Source: Wolbachia endosymbiont of Dirofilaria (Dirofilaria) immitis
GTDB taxonomy: Bacteria; Pseudomonadota; Alphaproteobacteria; Rickettsiales; Anaplasmataceae
Direction: 5' to 3'
Assembly (NCBI RefSeq): GCF_013365455.1
Contig: NZ_CP046578.1
Coordinates: 870,001-902,000, forward strand
DNA length: 32,000 bases
Shown piece by piece: positions 10,272-19,315 of this stretch. A program made the position numbers and the translations under genes. Position 1 is the first letter of the stretch, and every line of letters begins with the position of its first letter. The notes beneath the pieces are model-generated. The model was given only the letters and a program-made list of their open reading frames with translations, was not told the origin of the DNA and ran no database searches.

Positions 10272-10688
10272 ATGTTCACTTCTAAAGCTATTGCAGCAGA
10301 TACAACCAGTAATGCATCAAGTATTGGTTCATCTTTTGCTAACCTTACCCCACTAGTTTTAATAGTTGTAGTATTTTATTTCTTTATTATCCGCCCACAC
10401 TATAAAAAATTAAAGGAACTCAGAAAGATGATAGACCAAGTAAAGCGCGGTGACATCGTTGTTACTTCTGGTGGAATAATAGGCGAAGTCAACAAGCTTG
10501 ATGAAGCAAATGCACAGTTTGTAATAGAAATAGCACCAAAGGTTGAAATAAAAGTTTTAAAATCTGCTATATCTGAAGTTCTAAACAAAGAAGTTCAAAA
10601 AACAGTGGTCAAGCCAACCGAGAAAGGCAAAATCGAAAAGGAGGATAAAAAAAATAAAAGTCAGTTAGATAAAAGTAAAAAGTGGTAA
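10272..10688 (+). CDS. yajC: preprotein translocase subunit YajC
   Basis: 138 aa; single TM, FFIIRPHYKKLKELRKMIDQVKRGDIVVTSGGIIGEV. Confidence 0.94.
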   Translation: MFTSKAIAADTTSNASSIGSSFANLTPLVLIVVVFYFFIIRPHYKKLKELRKMIDQVKRGDIVVTSGGIIGEVNKLDEANAQFVIEIAPKVEIKVLKSAISEVLNKEVQKTVVKPTEKGKIEKEDKKNKSQLDKSKKW

Positions 10689-10733
10689 AACAATAATAAA
10701 AGTAAAAATGCTCTATAACTCTAAAACTTGATT

Positions 10734-12554
10734 GTGTGTGGGATATTTGGTGTAGTAAGTAATGGTGGTTCGGTAGTACCAACTTTGCTTACTGGATTAC
10801 GAAGATTGGAATATAGAGGGTACGATTCCTCAGGTATAGCAATTATAAATAACAAAGGTAAGATAGAAGTTAAAAAATCAGAAGGAAGAGTTGAGAGATT
10901 ATGTGATGTTGTTAACAATAGCAAAATATCTAGCAGTACAGTTGGCATAGCGCATACTCGCTGGGCTACACACGGGGTTCCAAGCCTCAAAAATGCTCAT
11001 CCTATCTATATAAATAATGTTGTTGTTGCCCATAACGGCATAATCGAGAATTATAATTTGCTAAAAAAGAGCTTAGAAAAAAGGGGAATAAAGTTTCACA
11101 CTGATACTGATACGGAAATTATACCAAATATGTTAACTATGTACCTTAATGAAGGGCTTTCGCCTATTGATTCTCTATCTAAGTGCCTAAGCAATTTGCA
11201 TGGCCCGTTCGCTTTAGTCTTATTATTTGCAGAATGCCCAGATGCTTTGTTTGTTGCAAAAAGGAATCTACCTTTGATGATAGGATACAATCATAATACT
11301 TTACTTGCTACGTCTGATTTCAATACTTTAGGTACACTAGTAAAAAAAATATCTCACTTAGAAGATGGTGACATTGCAGTGATAAAATCAAGTGGAGCTG
11401 TTATATATAATAACGGCGTACGGGTTGAACGCAACATAGAAAGTAACAGTCCTAACAATTTTTCCATTAGCAAAAATGGTTACCATAGCTTCATGTTAAA
11501 AGAGATTTTTGAACAACCTTGTACATTAAATAAAACAATAAATCAATTTTATAAAAAGTATACAGAGGTGATATCTACTAATAAAAAACTACTTTCTAAG
11601 ATTAACCATATTACTATAGTCGGATGTGGGTCATCTTATTTTGCTGGACTAATAGCAAAATATTGGCTGGAAAGTATTGCCCAAATTCGAGTATATTTGG
11701 AAATTTCATCAGAGTTCAGGTACAGCAATATAAGATTAGAAGAAGGAAGCTTTGGATTATTTATATCTCAATCTGGTGAAACTGCAGATACCGTAGAAGC
11801 TCTACGCTACGGAAAATCACAGAAGCAAATAATCATTAGCATAACTAATACATTGAACAGCAGCATTGAAAAAATTTCGGACATTGTATTACATACTCTT
11901 GCTGGACCAGAAATTGGTGTTGCCTCAACAAAAACCTTTTCTGCACAACTTGCAATTTTAGCATGCTTTGCTTTAGAGCTTGCAAAAATAAAAGGTACAT
12001 TGAGCAAAAAAAGAATAAAGCAGTTAAGCGATGCTATTAATTCCATCCCCGAATATGTTGAATATGTTTTAAATGCGGTAAAGGTACAATCCATATCAGG
12101 CAATATACTAGAGCACAGCAACATTATTCTAATTGGCAGGGGAAGCTCATACGGAGTTGCAATGGAAGGTGCATTAAAAATAAAAGAGCTTTCATACATT
12201 AATACCACTGGTATCGCGGCAGGAGAGATGAAACACGGTTCGATTGCTTTAATAGACTCATCCGTGCTCGTTATAGCAATCATTCCATACGACAATTTAT
12301 TTTTTAAAACATTATCTAACATACAAGAAATCACTGCAAGAAAAGGCAAAGTGATTGCCTTCAGTGACAAGCAAGGAGCGTCATTCTTAAGAGAAGCTTG
12401 TACAGATATAGTACAACTCCCAGGTACTGATAGTTTTATCGCTCCAGTAACCTACAGCATAGCCATGCAATTTCTTGCTTACTCTACTGCAGTAAAAAAA
12501 GGATTAGATGCTGATTATCCAAGAAATTTAGCAAAGTCTATTACTGTCGAATAA
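10734..12554 (+). CDS. glmS: glutamine--fructose-6-phosphate aminotransferase (isomerizing)
   Basis: CGIFGVV N-terminus, RLEYRGYDSSG, HTRWATHG, HNGIIEN, SIS domains, C-terminal KGLDADYPRNLAKSITVE. Start moved from the track's TTG (10728) to GTG (10734) so that Cys follows the initiator Met. Confidence 0.97.
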   Translation: MCGIFGVVSNGGSVVPTLLTGLRRLEYRGYDSSGIAIINNKGKIEVKKSEGRVERLCDVVNNSKISSSTVGIAHTRWATHGVPSLKNAHPIYINNVVVAHNGIIENYNLLKKSLEKRGIKFHTDTDTEIIPNMLTMYLNEGLSPIDSLSKCLSNLHGPFALVLLFAECPDALFVAKRNLPLMIGYNHNTLLATSDFNTLGTLVKKISHLEDGDIAVIKSSGAVIYNNGVRVERNIESNSPNNFSISKNGYHSFMLKEIFEQPCTLNKTINQFYKKYTEVISTNKKLLSKINHITIVGCGSSYFAGLIAKYWLESIAQIRVYLEISSEFRYSNIRLEEGSFGLFISQSGETADTVEALRYGKSQKQIIISITNTLNSSIEKISDIVLHTLAGPEIGVASTKTFSAQLAILACFALELAKIKGTLSKKRIKQLSDAINSIPEYVEYVLNAVKVQSISGNILEHSNIILIGRGSSYGVAMEGALKIKELSYINTTGIAAGEMKHGSIALIDSSVLVIAIIPYDNLFFKTLSNIQEITARKGKVIAFSDKQGASFLREACTDIVQLPGTDSFIAPVTYSIAMQFLAYSTAVKKGLDADYPRNLAKSITVE

Positions 12555-12787
12555 TCTATTCAGCGTTAGTTATAACAACACTTTTATATCCACCAAAAAT
12601 ATTTTACAACAAAGCAAATTTCCCTGAAAATACTTTCAAATAGGTTACAAGACTTCAATAAGTAGAGGATTAATACTGTTTAGATCAGTTAGTGAACTAC
12701 ATTAATTCTAGAGAGTTAATTATTCATAGGAAATTCGCACTGCTATGTACTTGACACTAAACTTCAGTTTTCTCTACAATCTGCTTC

Positions 12788-13672
12788 GTGAAAGAACAAA
12801 AATGCTTATTTGTTACTATAGCAGGGTTACCAAATGCTGGAAAGTCTACATTAATTAACAGCATTGTAGGGAAAAAGATCGCAATTGTTACTCCAAAAGC
12901 ACAAACAACCAGAACACAAACAAAGGGTATTACAATACGTAATAAAACGCAAATTATCTTTACTGACTCTCCTGGAATCTTTTCAGCAGGAACAAAACTT
13001 GAAAAAGCTATAGTTAGATCTGCATGGTCAGCAATCAAGGGTGACGATATTACTCTGTTGCTCGTTGATATAAGCAATTATCTTAAAAGCATAGAAAGAA
13101 TCAAAATCATATTTGCACGGTTGCAGCATACAAAAATAAGATGCATTTTGGTTATTAACAAAGTTGATCTAGTAAACAAGCCCAAGGTAAAGATGGCCTA
13201 CAGATATTTGAGTTTGCTCTATAGATTTGAAAAGATTTTCATAATATCAGCACTAAAAAGCAATGGACTCCCTGATTTGATAAATTACTTATCTGAAGTT
13301 GCTCCAGTGAGTCCTTGGTTTTATAGAGAAGATCAAATAACTGATTCTTCTACAAGTTTTTTATCAGCAGAAACCACAAGAGAAAAATTATCCCTAAACT
13401 TACGTGAGGAACTACCATATTCTACAGCTGTTATAACTGAACAATTTCAGGAAAAAAAAGACAAAAGTCTAGTCATAAAACAGGTCATATTCGTGCTAAA
13501 AGATAGCCATAAGAAAATAGTGTTAGGGAAGAATGGCAGTTGTATTAAAAAAATCAGCATTGAAGCACGTTCTGAACTAGAGAAATTGTTTGAGCGTAAA
13601 GTCCACCTATTTTTGTTTGTGAAAGTACGATCCTGGACTGATTGCCCTGAGGAGTATATAAATGATGCTTAA
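12788..13672 (+). CDS. era: GTPase Era
   Basis: 294 aa; GTG start; GLPNAGKSTLIN, TTRTQTKGI, DSPGI, NKVDL, KH-domain region VIFVLKDSHKKIVLGKNGSCIKKISIEARSELEKLFERKVHLFLFVKV. Confidence 0.96.
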   Translation: MKEQKCLFVTIAGLPNAGKSTLINSIVGKKIAIVTPKAQTTRTQTKGITIRNKTQIIFTDSPGIFSAGTKLEKAIVRSAWSAIKGDDITLLLVDISNYLKSIERIKIIFARLQHTKIRCILVINKVDLVNKPKVKMAYRYLSLLYRFEKIFIISALKSNGLPDLINYLSEVAPVSPWFYREDQITDSSTSFLSAETTREKLSLNLREELPYSTAVITEQFQEKKDKSLVIKQVIFVLKDSHKKIVLGKNGSCIKKISIEARSELEKLFERKVHLFLFVKVRSWTDCPEEYINDA

Positions 13673-14489
13673 TTCCTTAATGGTGTTTGATGTTGAAACT
13701 ATACCAGACATAAATTCCTGCAAGAATCTACTTAATATCAGTGATAACAGCAGCATGGAAGAGAAAAGAGATGCATTGACAAAGTACCATCTCAAAATAA
13801 CAAACGGACAAAACCCTTTTCTTCGCCAGCCTCTTCATTATATCATAGTTATCAGTTTTTTATCCTGCAGCATAAGCTACAGGAATGGCCACGAGATATT
13901 CACGCTACAAGAAATTAGGTCTGGAGGCACAATAAATTCCAGTGAAAAGGAATTAGTAAAGGGATTTTTCAATTACATGTCAGAGAAAAGACCGAGATTA
14001 GTTTCATTTAACGGGCGTACTTTTGATATGCCAGTGTTAAAATATCGTGCTATGGTCCATGGCATTCAAGCAGAATATTTTTATAAAGCCGGCAATAAGT
14101 GGAACAGCTACAATCAAAAGTATAGTAGTGATTGGCACTGTGATTTACTTGAATCCCTCTCTGACTTTGGAGCTTCCGCAAGAGTAAAAATGAATGAAGT
14201 TTGTGCAGCACTTAATCTCCCTGGTAAAACTGGAGTTGATGGGTCACAAGTTATAGATTTATATGACAGTGGCAAGATACAAGAAATTCGAAATTATTGT
14301 GAAACAGATGTAGTTAATACTTATTTAATTTATCTAAGGTTTATGCACCATCAAGGAAGAATCACCACCGAAGGTTATAACAGAAATATAAAAGAGCTAC
14401 TCTTAGAATGTGAGAAAAAGACACACCTAGAAAAATTCAAAGAAGAATGGGGAACGACCTGCGATGGAAAGTTTTATATTGAATTCTAA
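13662..14489 (+). CDS. predicted 3'-5' exonuclease (PolB-like DnaQ superfamily)
   Basis: 275 aa; VFDVETIPD, LVSFNGRTFDMPVLKYRAM, HCDLLESLSDFGASARVKMNEVCAALNLPGKTGVDGSQV, YCETDVVNTYLIYLR. Confidence 0.86.
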   Translation: MMLNSLMVFDVETIPDINSCKNLLNISDNSSMEEKRDALTKYHLKITNGQNPFLRQPLHYIIVISFLSCSISYRNGHEIFTLQEIRSGGTINSSEKELVKGFFNYMSEKRPRLVSFNGRTFDMPVLKYRAMVHGIQAEYFYKAGNKWNSYNQKYSSDWHCDLLESLSDFGASARVKMNEVCAALNLPGKTGVDGSQVIDLYDSGKIQEIRNYCETDVVNTYLIYLRFMHHQGRITTEGYNRNIKELLLECEKKTHLEKFKEEWGTTCDGKFYIEF

Positions 14490-14906
14490 AGGTAATCAGT
14501 GAATTTAAGTCATATGCCATTTTGCTTAGCTTTACTCTATGTATAAAAATCATAACTACACAAACACTGCGATTTGAGTCTATCAAGGTGGGTATAGTCC
14601 AAAGCACTAACACTTGTTTTTTCACAGCTGGTTTAATAAAAATAGCACACACTGTAAGTGTGCTGTTTCAGCGCATGATGCTAGAACTTTATGTCACTTC
14701 ATTGTATATGTCTCCAAGTAATTCCTCTATCTAGGCACTAAGACCCAAAAACTCAATTTCAACTAAGCGGCTGCATAATAAATTAGATTTAAGCATTACG
14801 TGCCGTAATAACAACATCTATTGTAAAAGCAAATGTTCATTCATAATTGTAATTAATTATAAACACTCGAGAAATTTACTAAGTAGAAAAAAAGGCAAAA
14901 GAAATC

Positions 14907-15240
14907 CTAACTAACATCTATTTGAGTATTGACGTCCTTTAAAAACTTAAACGCTGCAATTAACAACTTCCAAGTTAAAGCAGACCTTACAAATAAGGTA
15001 AGGGAAACCTCAGCAGATAGCTGCCCACTTGCAAACTGACGTTTTGTATTATCTTAAATAATTTATAAATACATTTAAACCTGCATAAGCAAAAAAAACA
15101 GGCTTGATAAAGATATATGGTGCACATAGTGCAAAAAAATTATACATAAGATACCAACTATATAATAATCTCTTCACTAATTCTGCACAGATTAAAAATA
15201 ATTTGAATACCTTCATTATCAGTGGGGGGGAATTTGTCAA
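14907..15240 (-). pseudogene. possible decayed small membrane-protein gene (two abutting reading frames)
   Basis: MKVFKLFLICAELVKRLLYSWYLMYNFFALCAPYIFIKPVFFAYAGLNVFINYLR* is followed at once, in another frame, by DNTKRQFASGQLSAEVSLTLFVRSALTWKLLIAAFKFLKDVNTQIDVS* (stop at 14907-14909), as one frameshift would produce. Confidence 0.45.
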
Positions 15241-15313
15241 TTAGCTTTTGTACTTAATCCGTATTTCTATTATCTTATAATTTCTGTATAATTTCAAGTT
15301 CAGTTAGCAGGTT

Positions 15314-16240
15314 ATGAAGATAATAATAGGCAGCGCTAGTAAAGAATTAGGAAAATTAATAGTTAATAAGCTAAATATCCAACCATCCCTTGCTCAGGTA
15401 TCAAGGTTTGCTGATGATGAAATGAGTATATATGTAGAAGATGATATCTATAATCAAGAAGTATACATAATACAGTCAATTTCTTTCCCTGCAAATGACA
15501 ACCTTATGGAGCTTCTGCTCACAATTGATACAGCAAAGAGATTAGGGGCTAAAAGAATAATAACAATTATCCCTTATTATGGATACAGCAGGCAAGATAG
15601 GGTTACGAAAAATAATAATACGCAATCTGCTTTAGGTGCCAAATTAGTCGCAAATCTTATCCAGGTTGCAGGTGCAAGTAGTGTTGCAGTTATCGATTTA
15701 CATTCAAATCAAATCGAAGGTTTTTTTGATATACCAGTAACTAATTTAAGCTGCTTTGAAGTATTTGCTAAATCTATACACACAGAAAATTTAGCAATAG
15801 TTGCACCTGACGTTGGAGCAATCGGTAGAGCACGTGCTTTTGCAAAGACTTTAGAGAAAGAGCACAAGATAAAATTAAGCGATAAGATTATTATAGTAGA
15901 TAAATATAGAGAAAAAGCAGGCACATCTCAGATAATGAATATAGTAGGGAAAGTGACAAGTAAGAATTGCATTATCATTGACGACATAGTTGATTCTGGT
16001 GGAACATTATGTAATGCAGCTTCTGTTTTAAAAAGTCAAGGAGCAAGGTCTGTAATTTCATGCGTAACACATAGTGTGCTTTCAGGAAACGCAGTTGAAA
16101 AAATCTCTTTCTCTTCTCTAGACAAACTAGTAACTACAGATACCATACTTCACAAACTCGAAAAAATCAGCAAAATAGAAATCATTTCAATCGCAAATAT
16201 TTTAACTCGTTTTATCCAAGGAGATAAAGATGCCAATTAA
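15314..16240 (+). CDS. prs: ribose-phosphate pyrophosphokinase
   Basis: 308 aa; RFADDEMSIYVEDDIYNQEVYIIQS, PYYGYSRQDR, VDLHSNQIEGFFDIP, KNCIIIDDIVDSGGTLCNAA. Confidence 0.97.
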   Translation: MKIIIGSASKELGKLIVNKLNIQPSLAQVSRFADDEMSIYVEDDIYNQEVYIIQSISFPANDNLMELLLTIDTAKRLGAKRIITIIPYYGYSRQDRVTKNNNTQSALGAKLVANLIQVAGASSVAVIDLHSNQIEGFFDIPVTNLSCFEVFAKSIHTENLAIVAPDVGAIGRARAFAKTLEKEHKIKLSDKIIIVDKYREKAGTSQIMNIVGKVTSKNCIIIDDIVDSGGTLCNAASVLKSQGARSVISCVTHSVLSGNAVEKISFSSLDKLVTTDTILHKLEKISKIEIISIANILTRFIQGDKDAN

Positions 16241-16583
16241 GTCAACAAAAGACGTAATCACTTCACTAATAGAATTTGTAAATAAGAGAAAAGTAACAAT
16301 TACCAAAGAAGAAACGCTTAAAATTGCACAACTTGTAAGAATTAAATTATCAAACGATGAAGCTGAGCACTACTCCAAGGAATTAACAATGTTAGATTGG
16401 ATACATGATACTTTATTGCAAGTTAACACTGAAGGTGTTTCTCCTGTACGTTACGGTGCTATAGATAAGGATATTCACATACATGATGACGTTGTTAATT
16501 CTCAAAGTACTAAAGAAGAAATACTATCCAATACAAAGTCTGAACATGGATATTTTGTAGTGCCAAAGGTTATAAACGATTAA
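16230..16583 (+). CDS. gatC: Asp-tRNA(Asn)/Glu-tRNA(Gln) amidotransferase subunit C
   Basis: ITKEETLKIAQLVRIKLSNDEAEHYSKELTMLDWI, GVSPVRYG, YFVVPKVI. Overlaps the prs end by 11 bp; exact start uncertain. Confidence 0.9.
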   Translation: MPIKSTKDVITSLIEFVNKRKVTITKEETLKIAQLVRIKLSNDEAEHYSKELTMLDWIHDTLLQVNTEGVSPVRYGAIDKDIHIHDDVVNSQSTKEEILSNTKSEHGYFVVPKVIND

Positions 16584-16767
16584 AATAAGGCTATCTATCA
16601 AGCCTTTTCAGGAAAAATATTCAAAAAATCAATACAGCTTTGAACATAAGCTTATCTACATCTAGAAGTACAATTCAGTCAACAAAAACATAAAGTTATT
16701 TACTATAACCAATGGATTCAATGACTTTACTTGAATATTTGATATAATAATAAAATTATAAAGTCTA

Positions 16768-18006
16768 TTGAAGTCTAGTATGAACGAAGTAGTAACGTTT
16801 GGTTGTCGTCTAAATTTTTATGAAAGTGAATTAATCAAAGAAGCATTAAGAAAAGCAAAGAGAGAAAATGTTGTTGTAGTACATAGCTGTGCAGTAACAA
16901 ATGAAGCGGAACGTCAAGTGAAACAAAAAATACGCAAGATCCATAAAAATAATCCAACTAAAGAAATTATTGTAGTTGGCTGCGCCGTTCAATTAGACCC
17001 TGAATCGTATAGCAACATCCCTGGTGTAAGCAAAGTATTAAACAATCAAGATAAGCTAAAAGCTACAAATTACTTGCTAAGTAATGATAAGATATTAGTT
17101 AATGGTAACCAAGCAAGTGCTCTTCTAATTAAGAAATTTAAAGACAAGTCAAGAGCATTTATTAAAATTCAAAATGGCTGCAATCATAACTGTACATTTT
17201 GTTCAATCACTCAAGCAAGAGGAAATAACCGATCCGTGCCAATAAGCAGTATTATTAAGCAAATTAAGATTTTCGTAGCAAATGGTTACCAGGAAGTAGT
17301 GCTTACAGGAGTTGATATTACTGATTTTGGCACAGACCTATTTGGTAAACCTTCACTTGGTTTAATGATCAGAAGAGTTTTAAGAAATATCCCAGAATTA
17401 AAGAGGCTTAGGCTTTCTTCTATTGATATTGCTGAAGTTGACGATGAATTAATGGACTTAATAGTCAATGAACCAAAATTTACACCACATTTGCACTTAA
17501 GTCTACAATCTGGTAATAATTTAATCTTAAAAAGAATGAAACGTCGTCATAGCAGAGAACAAGTTATAGAATTTTGCCATAAGGTAAAAAGCTTAAGGTC
17601 TGATATTGCATTTGGTGCTGATATTATTGCTGGATTTCCAACAGAAACCGATAAAATGTTTCAGGACACAGTGAATCTCTTAAAGGAAGTTAACATAGTT
17701 TACTTACATGCTTTTCCATACTCAAAGCGAAAGAATACACCTGCAGCACGAATGCCACAAGTACCTGAAAATGTACGTAAAGAACGAATAAAGAACTTGA
17801 TAAAAATGAATAAAGAAATGATGAGTAGCTTTTATCAATCTTTGATAGGTACTAATCAAAGTGTTCTAGTTGAACAAAACAATATTGGCAGAGCAGAAAA
17901 TTTTGCACTAGTAAAGCTTTCATCAAAGGTTCAGACCAAAAGCATTGTGAAAGCTAATATTATAGGAATGGAAAGAGATTATTTAATTGGAAGTGTTTTT
18001 TCTTAA
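16768..18006 (+). CDS. mtaB: tRNA (N6-L-threonylcarbamoyladenosine(37)-C2)-methylthiotransferase MtaB
   Basis: 412 aa; FGCRLNFYESE, VVHSCAVTNEAERQVKQKIRK, radical-SAM GCNHNCTFCSITQARG, TGVDITDFG, HLHLSLQSGNNLILKRMKRRH, ADIIAGFPTETDKMFQDT. Confidence 0.94.
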   Translation: MKSSMNEVVTFGCRLNFYESELIKEALRKAKRENVVVVHSCAVTNEAERQVKQKIRKIHKNNPTKEIIVVGCAVQLDPESYSNIPGVSKVLNNQDKLKATNYLLSNDKILVNGNQASALLIKKFKDKSRAFIKIQNGCNHNCTFCSITQARGNNRSVPISSIIKQIKIFVANGYQEVVLTGVDITDFGTDLFGKPSLGLMIRRVLRNIPELKRLRLSSIDIAEVDDELMDLIVNEPKFTPHLHLSLQSGNNLILKRMKRRHSREQVIEFCHKVKSLRSDIAFGADIIAGFPTETDKMFQDTVNLLKEVNIVYLHAFPYSKRKNTPAARMPQVPENVRKERIKNLIKMNKEMMSSFYQSLIGTNQSVLVEQNNIGRAENFALVKLSSKVQTKSIVKANIIGMERDYLIGSVFS

Positions 18007-18058
18007 TTCTTTAATAGAAAAGAGATGTATAGTAATGTTATGAGTTGTAAGTTTATTC

Positions 18059-18868
18059 ATGATTAGAAAATCTGTTGTTTTTAATGTATTACTAATTTTA
18101 CATATCAGTTTTCTTTCTGCTCAAGCTAATGAAAGCTATTCAGAAAATGAACATCTCATAGAAAATTTAATACCCATAGAAAAATCTATATGCCATGAAC
18201 CTAAAAAATATAATGAAAAAGATACTCCATTAGTTAAAGACAGAAAACTTGATTTTTATGTCAGCGCTAATAGCGGTAAGATATACTCTGATAATTCAAA
18301 GCCATTTGTAAACGGAATAAAAGCAATTGGAGAGAGAGTTTTCACTTTAGTCAAAAGTCGTTATGACGCTATAATAAAAAATATAGTTACAGACAAAATT
18401 GAAAGCGTAAAAAAATTTAATGGTGAAATTAACTTTCAGTGGTTTCACAGCATATCTTTAGGTTATTATGCTGGAAAAAACGGCCGAGTTGATTTTGAAG
18501 TTGCATACTCTAAAGTTGATATTAAAAATGGTAATCCTTCTCCAGTATTTGATAGATCAGCTAGTATATTTGCATTTTTGTCAAATGTTTATTATAACCC
18601 TAGTATTCAAGGTATACAAACTGCCCCATATATTGGTCTTGGTATAGGGCCAGCAGTTTTCAGGTTAAGAAAGATTAATCGACCACCACAAAATCCAATG
18701 CCACTGAATGTTCCTTGGTTTGCTTATCAAGTGAAACTTGGTATCAATTACTCAATAATTCCAGAAATTAAATCTTTCCTTGGTTACCGCTACTTTAGTA
18801 TTCCAATACCTATTGTAGATGGCATATCAACTCATAGCATTGAGGCTGGTTTGATATTCAATTTCTAG
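18059..18868 (+). CDS. outer-membrane surface antigen, P44/Msp2-like (Surface_antigen_2 type)
   Basis: 269 aa; signal peptide, YVSANSGKIYS, TAPYIGLGIGPAVFR, FAYQVKLGINYSIIPEIKSFLGYRYF, terminal SIEAGLIFNF beta-strand with C-terminal Phe. Confidence 0.82.
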   Translation: MIRKSVVFNVLLILHISFLSAQANESYSENEHLIENLIPIEKSICHEPKKYNEKDTPLVKDRKLDFYVSANSGKIYSDNSKPFVNGIKAIGERVFTLVKSRYDAIIKNIVTDKIESVKKFNGEINFQWFHSISLGYYAGKNGRVDFEVAYSKVDIKNGNPSPVFDRSASIFAFLSNVYYNPSIQGIQTAPYIGLGIGPAVFRLRKINRPPQNPMPLNVPWFAYQVKLGINYSIIPEIKSFLGYRYFSIPIPIVDGISTHSIEAGLIFNF

Positions 18869-19179
18869 TAACCGTCTAATATATACACATTTTTTATCTT
18901 TATCTTTTTTAATCTAATAAATTAAACAGCAGCACAATATTTGCTTTTAAAAAGATAACATTTTCAATGCAATATAGCCTTAAAAGCTCATTTATCTTCT
19001 CTACGCTCTACAAGTCCACTGCTTTTAATTTTAACGTAGAGTTCGTTCATCCCTCTAACTTCAAACAATTAGAATATTGCTACTCAATAAAGCATATAGT
19101 ATAGAACCACTCTAATAGATCCTTATAAAAATATTATAAATGAGTACAACTTTGTTTCCATCTGACAGAACTATAAAAA

Positions 19180-19199
19180 AAAAGCTTTACTAAGCTTTT
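19180..19199. terminator. possible bidirectional intrinsic terminator between convergent genes
   Basis: Perfect 8-bp arms AAAAGCTT-TACT-AAGCTTTT with an A-rich tract upstream; lies between the + strand surface antigen gene and the - strand transporter gene. Confidence 0.4.
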
Positions 19200-19315
19200 A
19201 GTCCAATGTTAACTCGACTATTGATTCTATTTTCAGTATTTAGAAAATACCACTCTTGAGAAACTATGTAAATCTCTTTTGCTCTAAGTTCCATAGCTAG
19301 CACCAACACATTAAA

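Noticed and set aside
11807-12370. 187-aa minus-strand ORF inside glmS
   Set aside because: Long but fully antisense to the GlmS isomerase domain; its composition matches an antisense reading of the conserved gene.
12757-13077. 106-aa minus-strand ORF over the 5' end of era
   Set aside because: Antisense to the Era G-domain; no independent evidence.
14437-14734. Mutually antisense ORFs 14437-14652 (-) and 14522-14734 (+)
   Set aside because: Both weak, overlap each other, and span a hairpin; neither resembles a known family.
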